Source: Candidatus Flemingiibacterium sp.
GTDB taxonomy: Bacteria; Bacillota; Clostridia; Oscillospirales; CAG-272
Direction of reading: 5' to 3'
Length of the DNA: 64,000 nt
Assembly (NCBI GenBank): GCA_045649205.1
Contig: JAZRPJ010000187.1
Coordinates: 12,163-76,162, forward strand
Numbering within the stretch: the stretch's first letter is position 1; each line of letters opens with the position of its first letter. Positions 28,316 through 37,507 of this stretch are shown here, piece by piece. Below the pieces are notes generated by a model. The model saw nothing but the letters and a program-made list of their open reading frames with translations, did no database searches and was not told the origin of the DNA. The translations under genes were made by a program, and so were the position numbers.

Positions 28316-29010
28316 GAATAAAAGTTGCGGATTTTGTTTTTGAAATCGCCAACCGATATCCCTATTGCGAGCAATTTGTAAGTGAATATATCACCGACGA
28401 AGAGCCCGATTGCTATATTGAGGTAACTCCCGAGGTTTTAAACAAACGCAAGGCAAAGCTCGCCACAAACTATCCCATTCATTATGTGGAATTTCTTGAA
28501 ATTTACCGCATGATATGCGACTATGTAATAGCGCACGGCGGGATACTTATGCATGGAGCAGTTATAGAATATGACTCTTGTGCATACATGTTTACCGCTC
28601 CCTCAGGCACAGGCAAAACCACCCACATCCGCCAATGGAAAGAACTTTACGGCGATAAGGTAAGGATTATTAATGGCGACAAGCCTCTTATCCGTTACCA
28701 AAACGGTGAGTTTATGGCATACGGAACACCCTGGTGCGGAAAGGAGCATTATAACATCAACGCAAAAGCTCCGCTTAAAGGTATTGTTCTTCTTTCTCGC
28801 GGAGAGGAAAACTCCATTGAAACGATAGATCCCCAAAAGTTTAACGAATTTTTATTAAAACAGGTATATCTGCCAAAAAGCCGAGAGGGAATTTTAAATG
28901 TACTGGACTTTGCAGACAGGCTTTTTTCTGCCGTTCCACTCTACAGCTTAAAATGCAACATTTCAACTGATGCAGCCCGCGTGGCTTGCGAAAAAATAAG
29001 AAAGCCTTGA
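28312..29010 (+). CDS. HPr kinase/phosphorylase C-terminal-domain-like P-loop protein (HprK-related kinase family), function unknown
   Basis: LMHGAVIEYDSCAYMFTAPSGTGKTTH...INGDKPLIR...AYGTPWCGK follows the pattern of HprK-related kinases. The TTG start overlaps the upstream stop (TTGA). Confidence 0.5.
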   Translation: MRIKVADFVFEIANRYPYCEQFVSEYITDEEPDCYIEVTPEVLNKRKAKLATNYPIHYVEFLEIYRMICDYVIAHGGILMHGAVIEYDSCAYMFTAPSGTGKTTHIRQWKELYGDKVRIINGDKPLIRYQNGEFMAYGTPWCGKEHYNINAKAPLKGIVLLSRGEENSIETIDPQKFNEFLLKQVYLPKSREGILNVLDFADRLFSAVPLYSLKCNISTDAARVACEKIRKP

Positions 29011-29036
29011 AAGCTTAGCTTTCAAGGCTTTTTTTA
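29001..29036. terminator. bidirectional terminator between convergent genes
   Basis: Near-perfect palindrome aagccttgaaagct t agctttcaaggctt followed by TTTTT. Confidence 0.75.
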
Positions 29037-30026
29037 TTATTCTGCTGCGATAGAACTACGCAATTCTTCAATCTTGGCGTTAATCTCTTCAAGATGTTTC
29101 TCCATGCCATCAATTTTTTCATTGAATTCTTCCATAAAGTTCGAACTGCCGGCAATTGTGTTTGCTTTATAATCATAAAGCTCTGTAGCTGTAAAAATTT
29201 TAGCTTCTTCGCAGTCATCCTCGAGGAAATCAAGCATCAGGTCATATTTAACCGTCGTACAATCGAGGTCGTCGTCGGTGACAACATCCTCAATATATCT
29301 CACATGGGCTGAATATGCCGCTTTCTCTTTATATGCATTCTGCATATCTGTCTTCATGGTTGTTTTGTCGGCACATATTACGTCAGAAGAGAGAAGATAA
29401 ATCCCGTTTCTGCCTATGCTGTAGGAAAACTTTCCAAGAGAGCCACCTTCATAACGAACAACTTTAAAACCAAATTCCAGCATTAAATCAGTATACTTTT
29501 CGTCATACTGATTTTTGGAAAAAGCAAATGTTGCGGGGAAATCAAAGCTTTCCTGAGAAAGTAAAGCTTTGTATTCTTCAAGATATGCTCTCAGATTTTC
29601 TACAGCGTTTTCGCTCTTTAAGTCAACACTGCCTGTGCCTATGGCAAAGTCCCAACCGGCTGCCTTGAGAGTTTCATAATCGCGCTTTGTTATACAGCCT
29701 TCTCCTCCGGGGAACTGATAGTCGTTCATTACAACAGTGCCCTTGTATCCATACTCGCTGACAAGCGGAAAAACCTTTGTCATAAGGTTTTGTGTCATGT
29801 TGTCAAAAAACAGAACAAAGCAACAATCACCACCGCTTAAGACGCTGTCGTATTCCTCCCACGCAAGTTTTATGTCACGTTCAAGGTCTGCTCTTTCAGA
29901 ATTAAGCCTCATCATTTCCGCGCTGACTTCTTCGAGACGCTGGGTTTCTTCACTATTGCCGCAGCCTGTAGCAGTCAAGAGCAACAGTGTAACAACTATA
30001 AAAAGAGAAACAAATTTCTTCATCAT
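29037..30026 (-). CDS. lipoprotein with a NodB/polysaccharide-deacetylase-like core lacking the canonical catalytic residues, flanked by coiled-coil segments
   Basis: Lipobox LLTATGCG after MMKKFVSLFIVV; the start at 30026 has an RBS. FVLFFDN replaces TFDDG and GWDFAIGTGS replaces the His motif. The termini are heptad-like (EETQRLEEVSAEMMRL...; ...EKHLEEINAKIEELRSS). Confidence 0.5.
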   Translation of the reverse strand: MMKKFVSLFIVVTLLLLTATGCGNSEETQRLEEVSAEMMRLNSERADLERDIKLAWEEYDSVLSGGDCCFVLFFDNMTQNLMTKVFPLVSEYGYKGTVVMNDYQFPGGEGCITKRDYETLKAAGWDFAIGTGSVDLKSENAVENLRAYLEEYKALLSQESFDFPATFAFSKNQYDEKYTDLMLEFGFKVVRYEGGSLGKFSYSIGRNGIYLLSSDVICADKTTMKTDMQNAYKEKAAYSAHVRYIEDVVTDDDLDCTTVKYDLMLDFLEDDCEEAKIFTATELYDYKANTIAGSSNFMEEFNEKIDGMEKHLEEINAKIEELRSSIAAE

Positions 30027-30059
30027 TTCACATCCTAAAAAAAGATATATACCACTTTT

Positions 30060-30088
30060 ATTATAACAATAATAAAAGTGGTTGTCAA
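30060..30088 (-). promoter_or_regulatory. consensus sigma-A promoter for the lipoprotein gene
   Basis: The minus strand reads TTGACA (30088-30083), 17 nt, TATAAT (30065-30060). An 8-bp inverted repeat, TTGTCAAT (30082-30089) / ATTGACAA (30104-30111), overlaps the -35 box. Confidence 0.65.
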
Positions 30089-30308
30089 TCTTCCTTGTGG
30101 AGCAATTGACAAATTGCCATCTTTTATGGTGCGCAACATGGCACCGGACAAAGAACAAAGTGTATCTGACACTTTTTGGCAATAATTGCAGTTTGAGAAA
30201 ACACTTTATAATGCCATGTGCGTTTTCCGAGTCTTGTGAGGAAATTCTCGCACGGCAATAATATAAAATTTATTTTTCAGCTTATAGGAAATGACGAAAT
30301 TTCCTATG

Positions 30309-30341
30309 CAATAAAAAACGGCAAGGTAAAACTTGCCGTTT
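30309..30341 (-). terminator. terminator after tRNA-Arg
   Basis: aaacggcaag / cttgccgttt. The minus strand continues TTTTTATTGC. Confidence 0.75.
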
Positions 30342-30344
30342 TTA

Positions 30345-30421
30345 TGGTGCGCTTGATAGGAATCGAACCTACGACAACCCGGCGTCGGAGGCCGGTGCTC
30401 TATCCACTGAGCTACAAGCGC
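30345..30421 (-). tRNA. tRNA-Arg (anticodon CCG), CCA encoded
   Basis: Minus strand: GCGCTTGTAGCTCAGTGGATAGAGCACCGGCCTCCGACGCCGGGTTGTCGTAGGTTCGATTCCTATCAAGCGCACCA. The acceptor stem is perfect and the anticodon loop is CTCCGAC. Confidence 0.88.
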
Positions 30422-30498
30422 ATATGTGTATTTAATTGTGTTTTGTTCGATTCCTAATCGAATACCCCTCCGGGTACTTCCTCGCTACGCTCACGGCG

Positions 30499-30551
30499 CC
30501 TACAGCAACCCGGCTCAAGGGCCGGTACTCTATCCACTGAGCTACAAGCGC
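30499..30551 (-). pseudogene. truncated tRNA-Arg-like 5' fragment (positions 1 to about 53) with no T-loop or 3' acceptor strand
   Basis: GCGCTTGTAGCTCAGTGGATAGAGTACCGGCCCTTGAGCCGGGTTGCTGTAGG. The first 24 nt are identical to the intact tRNA-Arg. The anticodon loop has 6 nt (CCTTGA). No CAAGCGC lies downstream. Confidence 0.6.
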
Positions 30552-30559
30552 ATGGTTGT

Positions 30560-30588
30560 ATTATACCAAAGATTACTTATAAATGCAA
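30560..30588 (-). promoter_or_regulatory. sigma-A promoter firing directly into the tRNA fragment / tRNA-Arg unit
   Basis: The minus strand reads TTGCAT (30588-30583), 17 nt, TATAAT (30565-30560), with a TGg extended -10. The fragment's 5' end is 8 nt after the -10 box. Confidence 0.6.
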
Positions 30589-30640
30589 TCTCATTTTTTG
30601 TCGCAAATAAAGGCTTTCTTGTATCCAGGTGTTGAATTGA

Positions 30641-30679
30641 CTGATTAAAATTAAAACGGACTGCTTTCGCAGTCCGTTT
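30641..30679 (-). terminator. terminator of the alpha operon (after rplQ)
   Basis: aaacggactgc tttc gcagtccgttt. The minus strand continues TTTAATTTTAATC. Confidence 0.7.
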
Positions 30680-30686
30680 ATTTTAA

Positions 30687-31028
30687 TTAGTCAACAAGAG
30701 CGATGATTGCTGTGGGAGCGTTGTCACCACGGCGAACGCCTGTCTTAATAATTCTTGTGTAACCACCGTTACGATCTGCATACTTAGGAGCGATTTCTTC
30801 AAAAACCTTTGTTACAACAGACTCCTTTGTGATAAATGCAAGAGCCTGACGACGGGAATGAAGTGTGTTTGTCTTGCCAAGAGTAATCATCTTTTCTGCA
30901 AGGCTTCTAACTTCCTTAGCACGTGTAACTGTAGTTTCGATCTTACCGTTCTCGAGCAAAGATGTAACCATGTTACGAAGCATAGCCATTCTCTGGTCTG
31001 TAGGACGGCCTAATTTTCTTGTACCCAT
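30687..31028 (-). CDS. rplQ: 50S ribosomal protein L17
   Basis: [19 protein letters not shown]... Its position after rpoA also fits. Confidence 0.96.
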   Translation of the reverse strand: MGTRKLGRPTDQRMAMLRNMVTSLLENGKIETTVTRAKEVRSLAEKMITLGKTNTLHSRRQALAFITKESVVTKVFEEIAPKYADRNGGYTRIIKTGVRRGDNAPTAIIALVD

Positions 31029-31050
31029 TGCGTTGTACCTCCTTCTTTAA

Positions 31051-32007
31051 TCAGTCCTCACTGGGAGCGAAGGAAAGACCAAGTGCCTGAAGCTTATTGA
31101 ATACTTCGTCAAGACTCTTTCTGCCAAGGTTTCTAACCTTCATCATTTCTTCTTCCTTCTTGAGAGTAAGGTCTTCAACTGTGTTGATGCCTGCTCTCTT
31201 CAAGCAGTTGTAAGAACGAACAGAAAGGTCAAGTTCTTCGATAGTCATTTCAAATACTTTTTCCTTCTTGGTTTCTTCCTTTTCAACCATTGTCTCAACA
31301 TTCATAGCTTCGTCTGTAAGCTGAATGAAGAGCATCATGTGATCGTTTATGATCTTAGCAGCAAGGCTGATTGCCTCGTCTGCAGTCTTTGTACCATTTG
31401 TCCAAACCTCGACTGTGAGTTTGTCAAAATCAACATCCTGACCCACACGTGTGTTTTCAACAGTGTAGTTCACCTTGGGAACGGGAGTGTAGATGGAGTC
31501 AACAGGAATAAGACCGATAAGAGGCTGGGCCATAGCCTTATTCTTTTCAGCAGAAACATAGCCTCTGCCCTTACCTATTGTAAGTTCCATGTACATTTTC
31601 GCATCCTCGTTAAGAGTTGCAAGGTGTAATTCGGGATTAAGGATTTCAACATCAGCATCGCGGATAATATCACCGGCTGTGAGCTCCATAGCACCGTTTG
31701 CTTCGATGCGAACAGTCTTGGGGCCGTCGGAATGAAGCTTAATGATAATCTGCTTAATGTTAAGCACGATTTCAGAAACATCTTCCTTAACACCGGGAAT
31801 TGTGGAAAACTCATGCTGAACGCCATCAATCTTAATGGATGTAACAGCTGCGCCCTCTAAGCTGGAGAGCATCATGCGTCTGAGAGAGTTTCCGAGGGTT
31901 GTGCCGTAGCCACGCTGAAGCGGAGCAACGGTATATTTTCCGTAAGAGAGGTCCTCGGACTGCTCTACTTTCTCAATACGGGGTTTTTCAAATCTTAAAT
32001 CGTTCAA
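31051..32007 (-). CDS. rpoA: DNA-directed RNA polymerase subunit alpha
   Basis: 318 aa, with ...[18 protein letters not shown]... and a C-terminal domain ...[16 protein letters not shown]... Confidence 0.97.
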   Translation of the reverse strand: MNDLRFEKPRIEKVEQSEDLSYGKYTVAPLQRGYGTTLGNSLRRMMLSSLEGAAVTSIKIDGVQHEFSTIPGVKEDVSEIVLNIKQIIIKLHSDGPKTVRIEANGAMELTAGDIIRDADVEILNPELHLATLNEDAKMYMELTIGKGRGYVSAEKNKAMAQPLIGLIPVDSIYTPVPKVNYTVENTRVGQDVDFDKLTVEVWTNGTKTADEAISLAAKIINDHMMLFIQLTDEAMNVETMVEKEETKKEKVFEMTIEELDLSVRSYNCLKRAGINTVEDLTLKKEEEMMKVRNLGRKSLDEVFNKLQALGLSFAPSED

Positions 32008-32097
32008 CTAATACACCCTCCTATATATTTTTTTGTTACATAGTGTCGGGATAGGTCTAGGCGAATAATGCGATATACCCTGCCCTTGACCCAACTA

Positions 32098-32694
32098 TTA
32101 CTTGGAGTAAAGTTCGACGATAAGTGTTTCGTTGATTTCGTAGTCGATATCTTCTCTCTTAGCAACAGCTGCAATTGTACCGGAAAGAGTATTCTTGTCA
32201 GCGCTGATCCAGGAAGGAACAGTTCTGGAAGAATTACGTTCAACGATTTCCTTCATCCAGTCAGCTGTAGCTGTGTTTTCCTTAAGAGAAACAACTTCGC
32301 CTACAGATACAAGATAGGAGGGAATGTCAACACGCTTGCCGTTTACAAGCACGTGACCGTGTGTAACAATCTGACGAGCCTGACGACGAGTGTCGGCAAG
32401 ACCAAGTCTGAAGATTACGTTGTCAAGTCTGCTTTCGAGGATAGAAAGAAGGTTTTCACCAGTGATGCCTTCCTTCTTGTTAGCCATTTCGAAATACTTT
32501 CTGAAGGGCTTTTCAAGTACACCATAGATGAACTTTGCCTTCTGCTTTTCGTTAAGCTGAATAGCGTATTCGCTCTTCTTCTTTCTCTGATTGCCACCGG
32601 GATTACGGTTGCTCTTCTTATCAACGCCCATAACAGAGGGTTCAATACCCAATGTTCTGCAACGCTTTAAAATGGGCTGCATGTTCTTAGCCAT
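32098..32694 (-). CDS. rpsD: 30S ribosomal protein S4
   Basis: ...LKRCRTLGIEP...RLDNVIFRLG..., in alpha-operon context. Confidence 0.96.
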   Translation of the reverse strand: MAKNMQPILKRCRTLGIEPSVMGVDKKSNRNPGGNQRKKKSEYAIQLNEKQKAKFIYGVLEKPFRKYFEMANKKEGITGENLLSILESRLDNVIFRLGLADTRRQARQIVTHGHVLVNGKRVDIPSYLVSVGEVVSLKENTATADWMKEIVERNSSRTVPSWISADKNTLSGTIAAVAKREDIDYEINETLIVELYSK

Positions 32695-32715
32695 ATCAGT
32701 AAACCTCCTTCTAAA

Positions 32716-33114
32716 TCAAACTCTTCTTCTCTTGGGGGGACGGCAACCATTGTGAGGAATGGGAGTTACGTCCTTAATGAGGCTTACATCAAGACCTGCT
32801 GCCTGAAGTGCACGAATTGCAGCTTCACGACCTGCACCGGGGCCCTTAACATAAACTTCAACTGTCTTTAAGCCATGTTCCATAGCAGCCTTTGCTGCTG
32901 TTTCAGCTGCCATCTGAGCAGCGAAGGGTGTGCTCTTTCTGGAGCCTCTGAAACCAAGTCCGCCAGCGGATGCCCAGGAAAGAGCATTACCGTTAACGTC
33001 TGTAATTGTTACGATAGTGTTGTTGAAAGTGCTTCTGATATGTGCTGCACCACGTTCGATATTCTTACGTTCACGTCTTTTACGAACGGCTGTCTTTTTA
33101 ACTGCTTTAGCCAT
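32716..33114 (-). CDS. rpsK: 30S ribosomal protein S11
   Basis: ...[39 protein letters not shown]... Confidence 0.96.
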   Translation of the reverse strand: MAKAVKKTAVRKRRERKNIERGAAHIRSTFNNTIVTITDVNGNALSWASAGGLGFRGSRKSTPFAAQMAAETAAKAAMEHGLKTVEVYVKGPGAGREAAIRALQAAGLDVSLIKDVTPIPHNGCRPPKRRRV

Positions 33115-33128
33115 TTATGCTCTCCTCC

Positions 33129-33497
33129 TTACTTCTTCTTATTAGCGATTGTACGCTTGGGGCCCTTTCTTGTGCGGGCGTTGTTCTTTGTGTTCTGACC
33201 TCTAACGGGGAGGCCCTTTCTGTGACGTACGCCACGGTAGCAACCTACTTCGATAAGTCTCTTAATGTTAAGAGCTACTTCTCTACGAAGGTCACCTTCA
33301 ACTGTATAGTTGTTATCAATAACGTCTCTGAGCTTTGCTACTTCGTCTTCTGTAAGGTCCTTTACTCTTGTATCAGGATTGATACCTGTAGCTTCAAGGA
33401 TCTTTGTTGCGCTGGTTCTGCCGATACCGTATACGTATGTGAGACCAATCTCAACACGCTTTTCACGGGGCAAATCCACACCGGCTATTCTTGCCAT
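33129..33497 (-). CDS. rpsM: 30S ribosomal protein S13
   Basis: [26 protein letters not shown]... Confidence 0.96.
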   Translation of the reverse strand: MARIAGVDLPREKRVEIGLTYVYGIGRTSATKILEATGINPDTRVKDLTEDEVAKLRDVIDNNYTVEGDLRREVALNIKRLIEVGCYRGVRHRKGLPVRGQNTKNNARTRKGPKRTIANKKK

Positions 33498-33650
33498 AGT
33501 TTTCTCATCCTTTCATAATATGATTGTTGACCCGACTTTCCATCGGATCCGACACCGAAAATTTTGATCAGCTTACAATTATACCGCAAAAATGAGGGAT
33601 AAATTTCCCGACAACACAATTTCTGTGTTCAGCCGCGCCGTAAAAATTAA

Positions 33651-33764
33651 TCAGCCCTGCTTCTGCTTGTGCTTGGGATTTTCACAGATTACCATGATTT
33701 TACCTTTTCTCTTGATAATCTTGCACTTTTCGCAAATCGGTTTAACTGAGGGTCTAATCTTCAT
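33651..33764 (-). CDS. rpmJ: 50S ribosomal protein L36 (37 aa)
   Basis: Below the ORF-track cutoff. My translation is [49 protein letters not shown]. Confidence 0.93.
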   Translation of the reverse strand: MKIRPSVKPICEKCKIIKRKGKIMVICENPKHKQKQG

Positions 33765-33813
33765 AGTGAATTCCTCCTCAAATGTTTTAAATACTGATAT
33801 TTACCTTTTGTGC

Positions 33814-34032
33814 TTATTTTGCACGCCATGTAATTCTGCCGCGAGTAAGGTCATAGGGAGAAAGTTCAACCTTTACCTTATCTCCGGGGAGAATTCTGAT
33901 AAAATTCATTCTGAGCTTACCGGAAATGTGTCCGAGTATCTGATGACCGTTACTAAGTTCAATCTGGAACATTGCGTTCGGGAGAGCTTCTATAACGGTA
34001 CCTTCCATTTCAAGAACATCTTCTTTAGCCAC
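33814..34032 (-). CDS. infA: translation initiation factor IF-1
   Basis: [53 protein letters not shown]... Confidence 0.97.
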   Translation of the reverse strand: MAKEDVLEMEGTVIEALPNAMFQIELSNGHQILGHISGKLRMNFIRILPGDKVKVELSPYDLTRGRITWRAK

Positions 34033-34044
34033 GGAAATTACCTC

Positions 34045-34329
34045 CTAATCTGAAACTTTAGACTTTAACATGAATTTCAATCTCTTTAATTCTGCTCTCA
34101 TAAGAGCGTCAACGGTATTTGAACCGTTTTCAATCTTTTCTCTGACAGCCTCCGACGAAAACCCTATCTCCTCAAGATGAAGAATATTCTTTTTCTTGGG
34201 ATTGGTTATTTTGCGTCTTTTACCATCTGCCAAAAGAGCAAAGCCGTCATTTACGGCTGTTACAAAGAACATCTCGCCGTCATACTTGCCCTTTTTTGAA
34301 ATAACAACATCTGAAATTTTCATATGCAT
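34045..34329 (-). CDS. KOW-domain RNA-binding protein (small conserved ORF between map and infA in Clostridia)
   Basis: 94 aa, with a KOW-like ...VISKKGKYDGEMFFV... segment. Its TAATG overlap with the map stop suggests coupling. Confidence 0.6.
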   Translation of the reverse strand: MHMKISDVVISKKGKYDGEMFFVTAVNDGFALLADGKRRKITNPKKKNILHLEEIGFSSEAVREKIENGSNTVDALMRAELKRLKFMLKSKVSD

Positions 34330-35081
34330 TACCTCAGGGTCAGTATTTTCGGCCCGTTCTCCGTAATAGCAACCGTGTTTTCATAATGTGCCGAAAGCTT
34401 TCCGTCCTTCGTAGTTACGGTCCAACCGTCCTTCTTGGAGAAGGAAACATCCTTCGTGCCCATGTTTATCATCGGCTCAATTGCGATTACCATGCCTTTA
34501 GTCAGTCTCACACCTTTACCCGCTATGCCGAAGTTCGGAATATCGGGAGACTCGTGAAGCTCACGCCCCACGCCGTGACCGACAAGCTCTCGTACAACAC
34601 CATAGCCCATTTTTTCAGCATGAGCTTGCACAGCAGAACCAATGTCACCTACACGGTTACCGTCCACAGCCATCTTCATGCCTTCAAAGAAGCATTCACG
34701 TGTTGTTTCGATAAGCCTTTTGGCTTCGTCTGAAATCTTGCCAACGGCAAGCGTTCTCGCAGCGTCACCGTGGAAGCCTCCAAAGAAGGCACCCACGTCA
34801 ATGCTTACGATGTCACCCTCATTGAGTACAATGTCTTTTGAGGGAATTCCGTGAACAACAACATTGTTAGGTGAGATGCAGCAGCAGGCGGGAAAGCCTC
34901 TGTAGCCCTTAAAGGAGGGCTTTGCACCTTCACCCACAATTACCTTCTCAACAATGTTGTTGAGCTCTAAGGTTGTCATTCCGGGTTTAACTGCCTCTTC
35001 GGCAGCTTCTAAGGCCTTAGCGACTATCAAGCCGCTTTTAGCCATAGCTTCTAAATCTTTTCTTGTTTTGAGAACTATCAT
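34329..35081 (-). CDS. map: type I methionine aminopeptidase
   Basis: ...HGIP....L.EGDIVSIDVGA...GFHGD...GHGVG..LHE.P... metal-binding residues. Size is 250 aa. Confidence 0.95.
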   Translation of the reverse strand: MIVLKTRKDLEAMAKSGLIVAKALEAAEEAVKPGMTTLELNNIVEKVIVGEGAKPSFKGYRGFPACCCISPNNVVVHGIPSKDIVLNEGDIVSIDVGAFFGGFHGDAARTLAVGKISDEAKRLIETTRECFFEGMKMAVDGNRVGDIGSAVQAHAEKMGYGVVRELVGHGVGRELHESPDIPNFGIAGKGVRLTKGMVIAIEPMINMGTKDVSFSKKDGWTVTTKDGKLSAHYENTVAITENGPKILTLR

Positions 35082-35099
35082 ATCGATACCTCGATTTAA

Positions 35100-35732
35100 T
35101 TACAGTCCGAGTGCTTCACGCACATCACGTGTTGTATCTTCAATTTTCTTTCTGCCTTCAACAACAGTGAGGATACCACGTTCTCTGTAGAAGTCCTCAA
35201 GAGGCTCTGTCTCGGCATGATATACCGCGAGTCTCTTTTTAATGGTTTCCGGTTCGTCGTCTGCACGGCGAATCAATTCTCCGCCACACTTGTCACACAC
35301 ACCGGGAATGTTGGGTGCATTGTAAACTGTGTGGAAGGGAGTTCTGCAAATTCTGCATTCGCGTCTGCCGGAAAGACGGTCAACGATTGCTTCGTCAGGA
35401 ACAAAAATGTCCAGAACCTTGTCAATATTAAGACCTAATCTTTCAGCGGCTTCTGCCTGCGGAATTGTGCGGGGGAAACCGTCAAGGATGTAACCATCCT
35501 TGCAATCGTCCTGGTTAAGACGGTTTATAACAATATCAATGATTAACTCATCGGGAACAAGCTGACCTTCTGCAATGTAGCCGGCAGCCTTAAGACCGAG
35601 CTCTGTTTTGCCATTGATATGCTCTCTGATAATTGCGCCTGTTGAAATTGTCGGAATTCCGAGAAGAGCTGAGAGCTTTTCTGCCTGTGTGCCCTTACCG
35701 GAACCGGGAGCGCCTAATAATACCAGCTTCAT
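35100..35732 (-). CDS. adk: adenylate kinase
   Basis: MKLVLLGAPGSGKGTQA P-loop. The lid carries CRICRTPFH...CDKCGGEL. Confidence 0.96.
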   Translation of the reverse strand: MKLVLLGAPGSGKGTQAEKLSALLGIPTISTGAIIREHINGKTELGLKAAGYIAEGQLVPDELIIDIVINRLNQDDCKDGYILDGFPRTIPQAEAAERLGLNIDKVLDIFVPDEAIVDRLSGRRECRICRTPFHTVYNAPNIPGVCDKCGGELIRRADDEPETIKKRLAVYHAETEPLEDFYRERGILTVVEGRKKIEDTTRDVREALGL

Positions 35733-35758
35733 AAATATCTCCCCTTTAAAGCCCTGGT

Positions 35759-37045
35759 TTATTCAAGAAATCCCTTATAATGTCTCATTACCATCTGAGC
35801 TTCAATCTGCTTAACTGTCTCAAGAGCAACACCTACAACGATAAGAAGAGATGTACCTGTAAGAGCAAGAGAAGCGATAGGAGCCTTTGTAAGAAGAGTT
35901 ACAATGATGGGAAGCACTGCGATAATAGCAAGTGCAATCGCACCGATAAGAGTAATCTTAGAAAGAACCTTTGTTATATAATCGCTTGTGGGCTTGCCGG
36001 GACGGATACCCATGATTGTACCGCCGTTCTGCTTAATGTTGTTCGCAATTTCAATGGGATTAAAAGTAATCGAAGAATAGAAATATGTGAACGCGATAAT
36101 AAGAACGAACAGGAATACAGGGTAGAACCAGCCGCCTGTCATGAAGTTTGCAACCTTGTAAAGCCAGTGGCTTGTGTTACCTGCTGCAAAAAGCTGAGCA
36201 AGTGTTGCAGGGAAGGAAATGATGCTCATTGCGAAGATAATCGGAATTACGCCGCCCTGAGTAACCTTGAGGGGAATGTTGGAGGACTGACCGCCATACA
36301 TCTTGTTACCTACAACTCTCTTTGCATACTGTACGGGGATCTTTCTTTCAGCGTCGTTAATCATAACAACGAAGAGAATGGAAAGAAGTACGTAAACAAT
36401 GAGAAGTGCCCATGCGTACCAAGCGGAAAGTGCCTGGCTTGCTGTAACGAGCATCATGGGGATGCTTGCTACAATACCTGCGAAGATGATCATGGAGATA
36501 CCGTTGCCGATGCCTCTGCCAGTGATCTGTTCGCCGAGCCACATAAGGAATGCTGTACCTGCTGTGAAAGCAGTGATGATGGAAAGTGCCACGAAGATTT
36601 CGGGCATTGAACCATCAAGCACGATAGCACCCTGGCTCTTAAGTGTGAAGTAAAGACCTAAAGCCTGTACTGCACCAAGAACTACTGTAACGTATCTTGT
36701 GATTTTTGTAATCTTCTTTCTGCCTTCTGCGCCCTCTTTTGCCATTCTCTCTAAAGCAGGAATAGCAACAGTCAAAAGCTGCATAATAATGGAGCTGTTG
36801 ATGTAGGGAGAAATGGACATTGCAAAGATTGTTGCATTTGCCAAAGATCCACCGGAGAAAGAGTTCATAAGATTGAAAAGTGTGCCGCCGTTACCCTGTG
36901 TGAGCCAAGCTTCAACAACTTCAGCGTTAATCCACGGAACGGGGATGAAGCTTCCTAAACGGAAAACTACGATCAAAAGCACTGTGAAAAGGATTTTCTT
37001 TCTCAAATCCGGGATCTTCCATGCATTTCTTAATGTCTGAAGCAT
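35759..37045 (-). CDS. secY: preprotein translocase subunit SecY
   Basis: 428 aa, 10-TM profile, in spc operon position. Confidence 0.96.
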   Translation of the reverse strand: MLQTLRNAWKIPDLRKKILFTVLLIVVFRLGSFIPVPWINAEVVEAWLTQGNGGTLFNLMNSFSGGSLANATIFAMSISPYINSSIIMQLLTVAIPALERMAKEGAEGRKKITKITRYVTVVLGAVQALGLYFTLKSQGAIVLDGSMPEIFVALSIITAFTAGTAFLMWLGEQITGRGIGNGISMIIFAGIVASIPMMLVTASQALSAWYAWALLIVYVLLSILFVVMINDAERKIPVQYAKRVVGNKMYGGQSSNIPLKVTQGGVIPIIFAMSIISFPATLAQLFAAGNTSHWLYKVANFMTGGWFYPVFLFVLIIAFTYFYSSITFNPIEIANNIKQNGGTIMGIRPGKPTSDYITKVLSKITLIGAIALAIIAVLPIIVTLLTKAPIASLALTGTSLLIVVGVALETVKQIEAQMVMRHYKGFLE

Positions 37046-37046
37046 G

Positions 37047-37487
37047 TTAGATCACCTCAGCCTTTCCGCCTGCTTTTTCAATCTTTTCCTTTGCGCTTTC
37101 AGTAAAGCGAACTGCTTTTACTGTGAGGCTCTTTGTGATTTCGCCTCTGCCCATGATTACTACACCATCAAGAACCTTGCTGATAACGCCAGCTTCCTTG
37201 AGAGCTGCTGCGTCAACAACTGCACCGTTTTCAAACTTTTCAAGTGCGGATACGTTGATAGCTACATAATCCTTAGCAAATTTATTTGTAAAGCCACGCT
37301 TGGGAAGACGACGATATAAGGGCATCTGACCGCCTTCGAAGCCGGGACGTACGCCACCGCCGGAGCGAGCGTTCTGACCCTTGTGACCTCTGCCTGCTGT
37401 CTTACCGTTACCGCTACCGTGACCACGGCCTTTTCTGAAAGATTCCTTCTTGGAACCGGGAGCGGGTGTAAGTTCATATAATTTCAT
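37047..37487 (-). CDS. rplO: 50S ribosomal protein L15
   Basis: [38 protein letters not shown]... Confidence 0.96.
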   Translation of the reverse strand: MKLYELTPAPGSKKESFRKGRGHGSGNGKTAGRGHKGQNARSGGGVRPGFEGGQMPLYRRLPKRGFTNKFAKDYVAINVSALEKFENGAVVDAAALKEAGVISKVLDGVVIMGRGEITKSLTVKAVRFTESAKEKIEKAGGKAEVI

Positions 37488-37507
37488 TGCAGTGCACCTC
37501 CTTAAAG

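Noticed and set aside
27810-28374. Three long ORFs in other frames or on the other strand across the repeat (KQRLKQ..., LFQFQ..., SVSVSV...)
   Set aside because: They are artefacts of the 6-nt periodic GAR-ACN array, which is stop-free in several frames. Only the plus frame, with a signal peptide, RBS and promoter, is credible.
30218-30635. Track ORFs 30218-30457 and 30426-30635 on the plus strand
   Set aside because: They run antisense through tRNA-Arg and the tRNA fragment. They share the peptide VLYPLSYKR only because the tRNA 5' half is duplicated.
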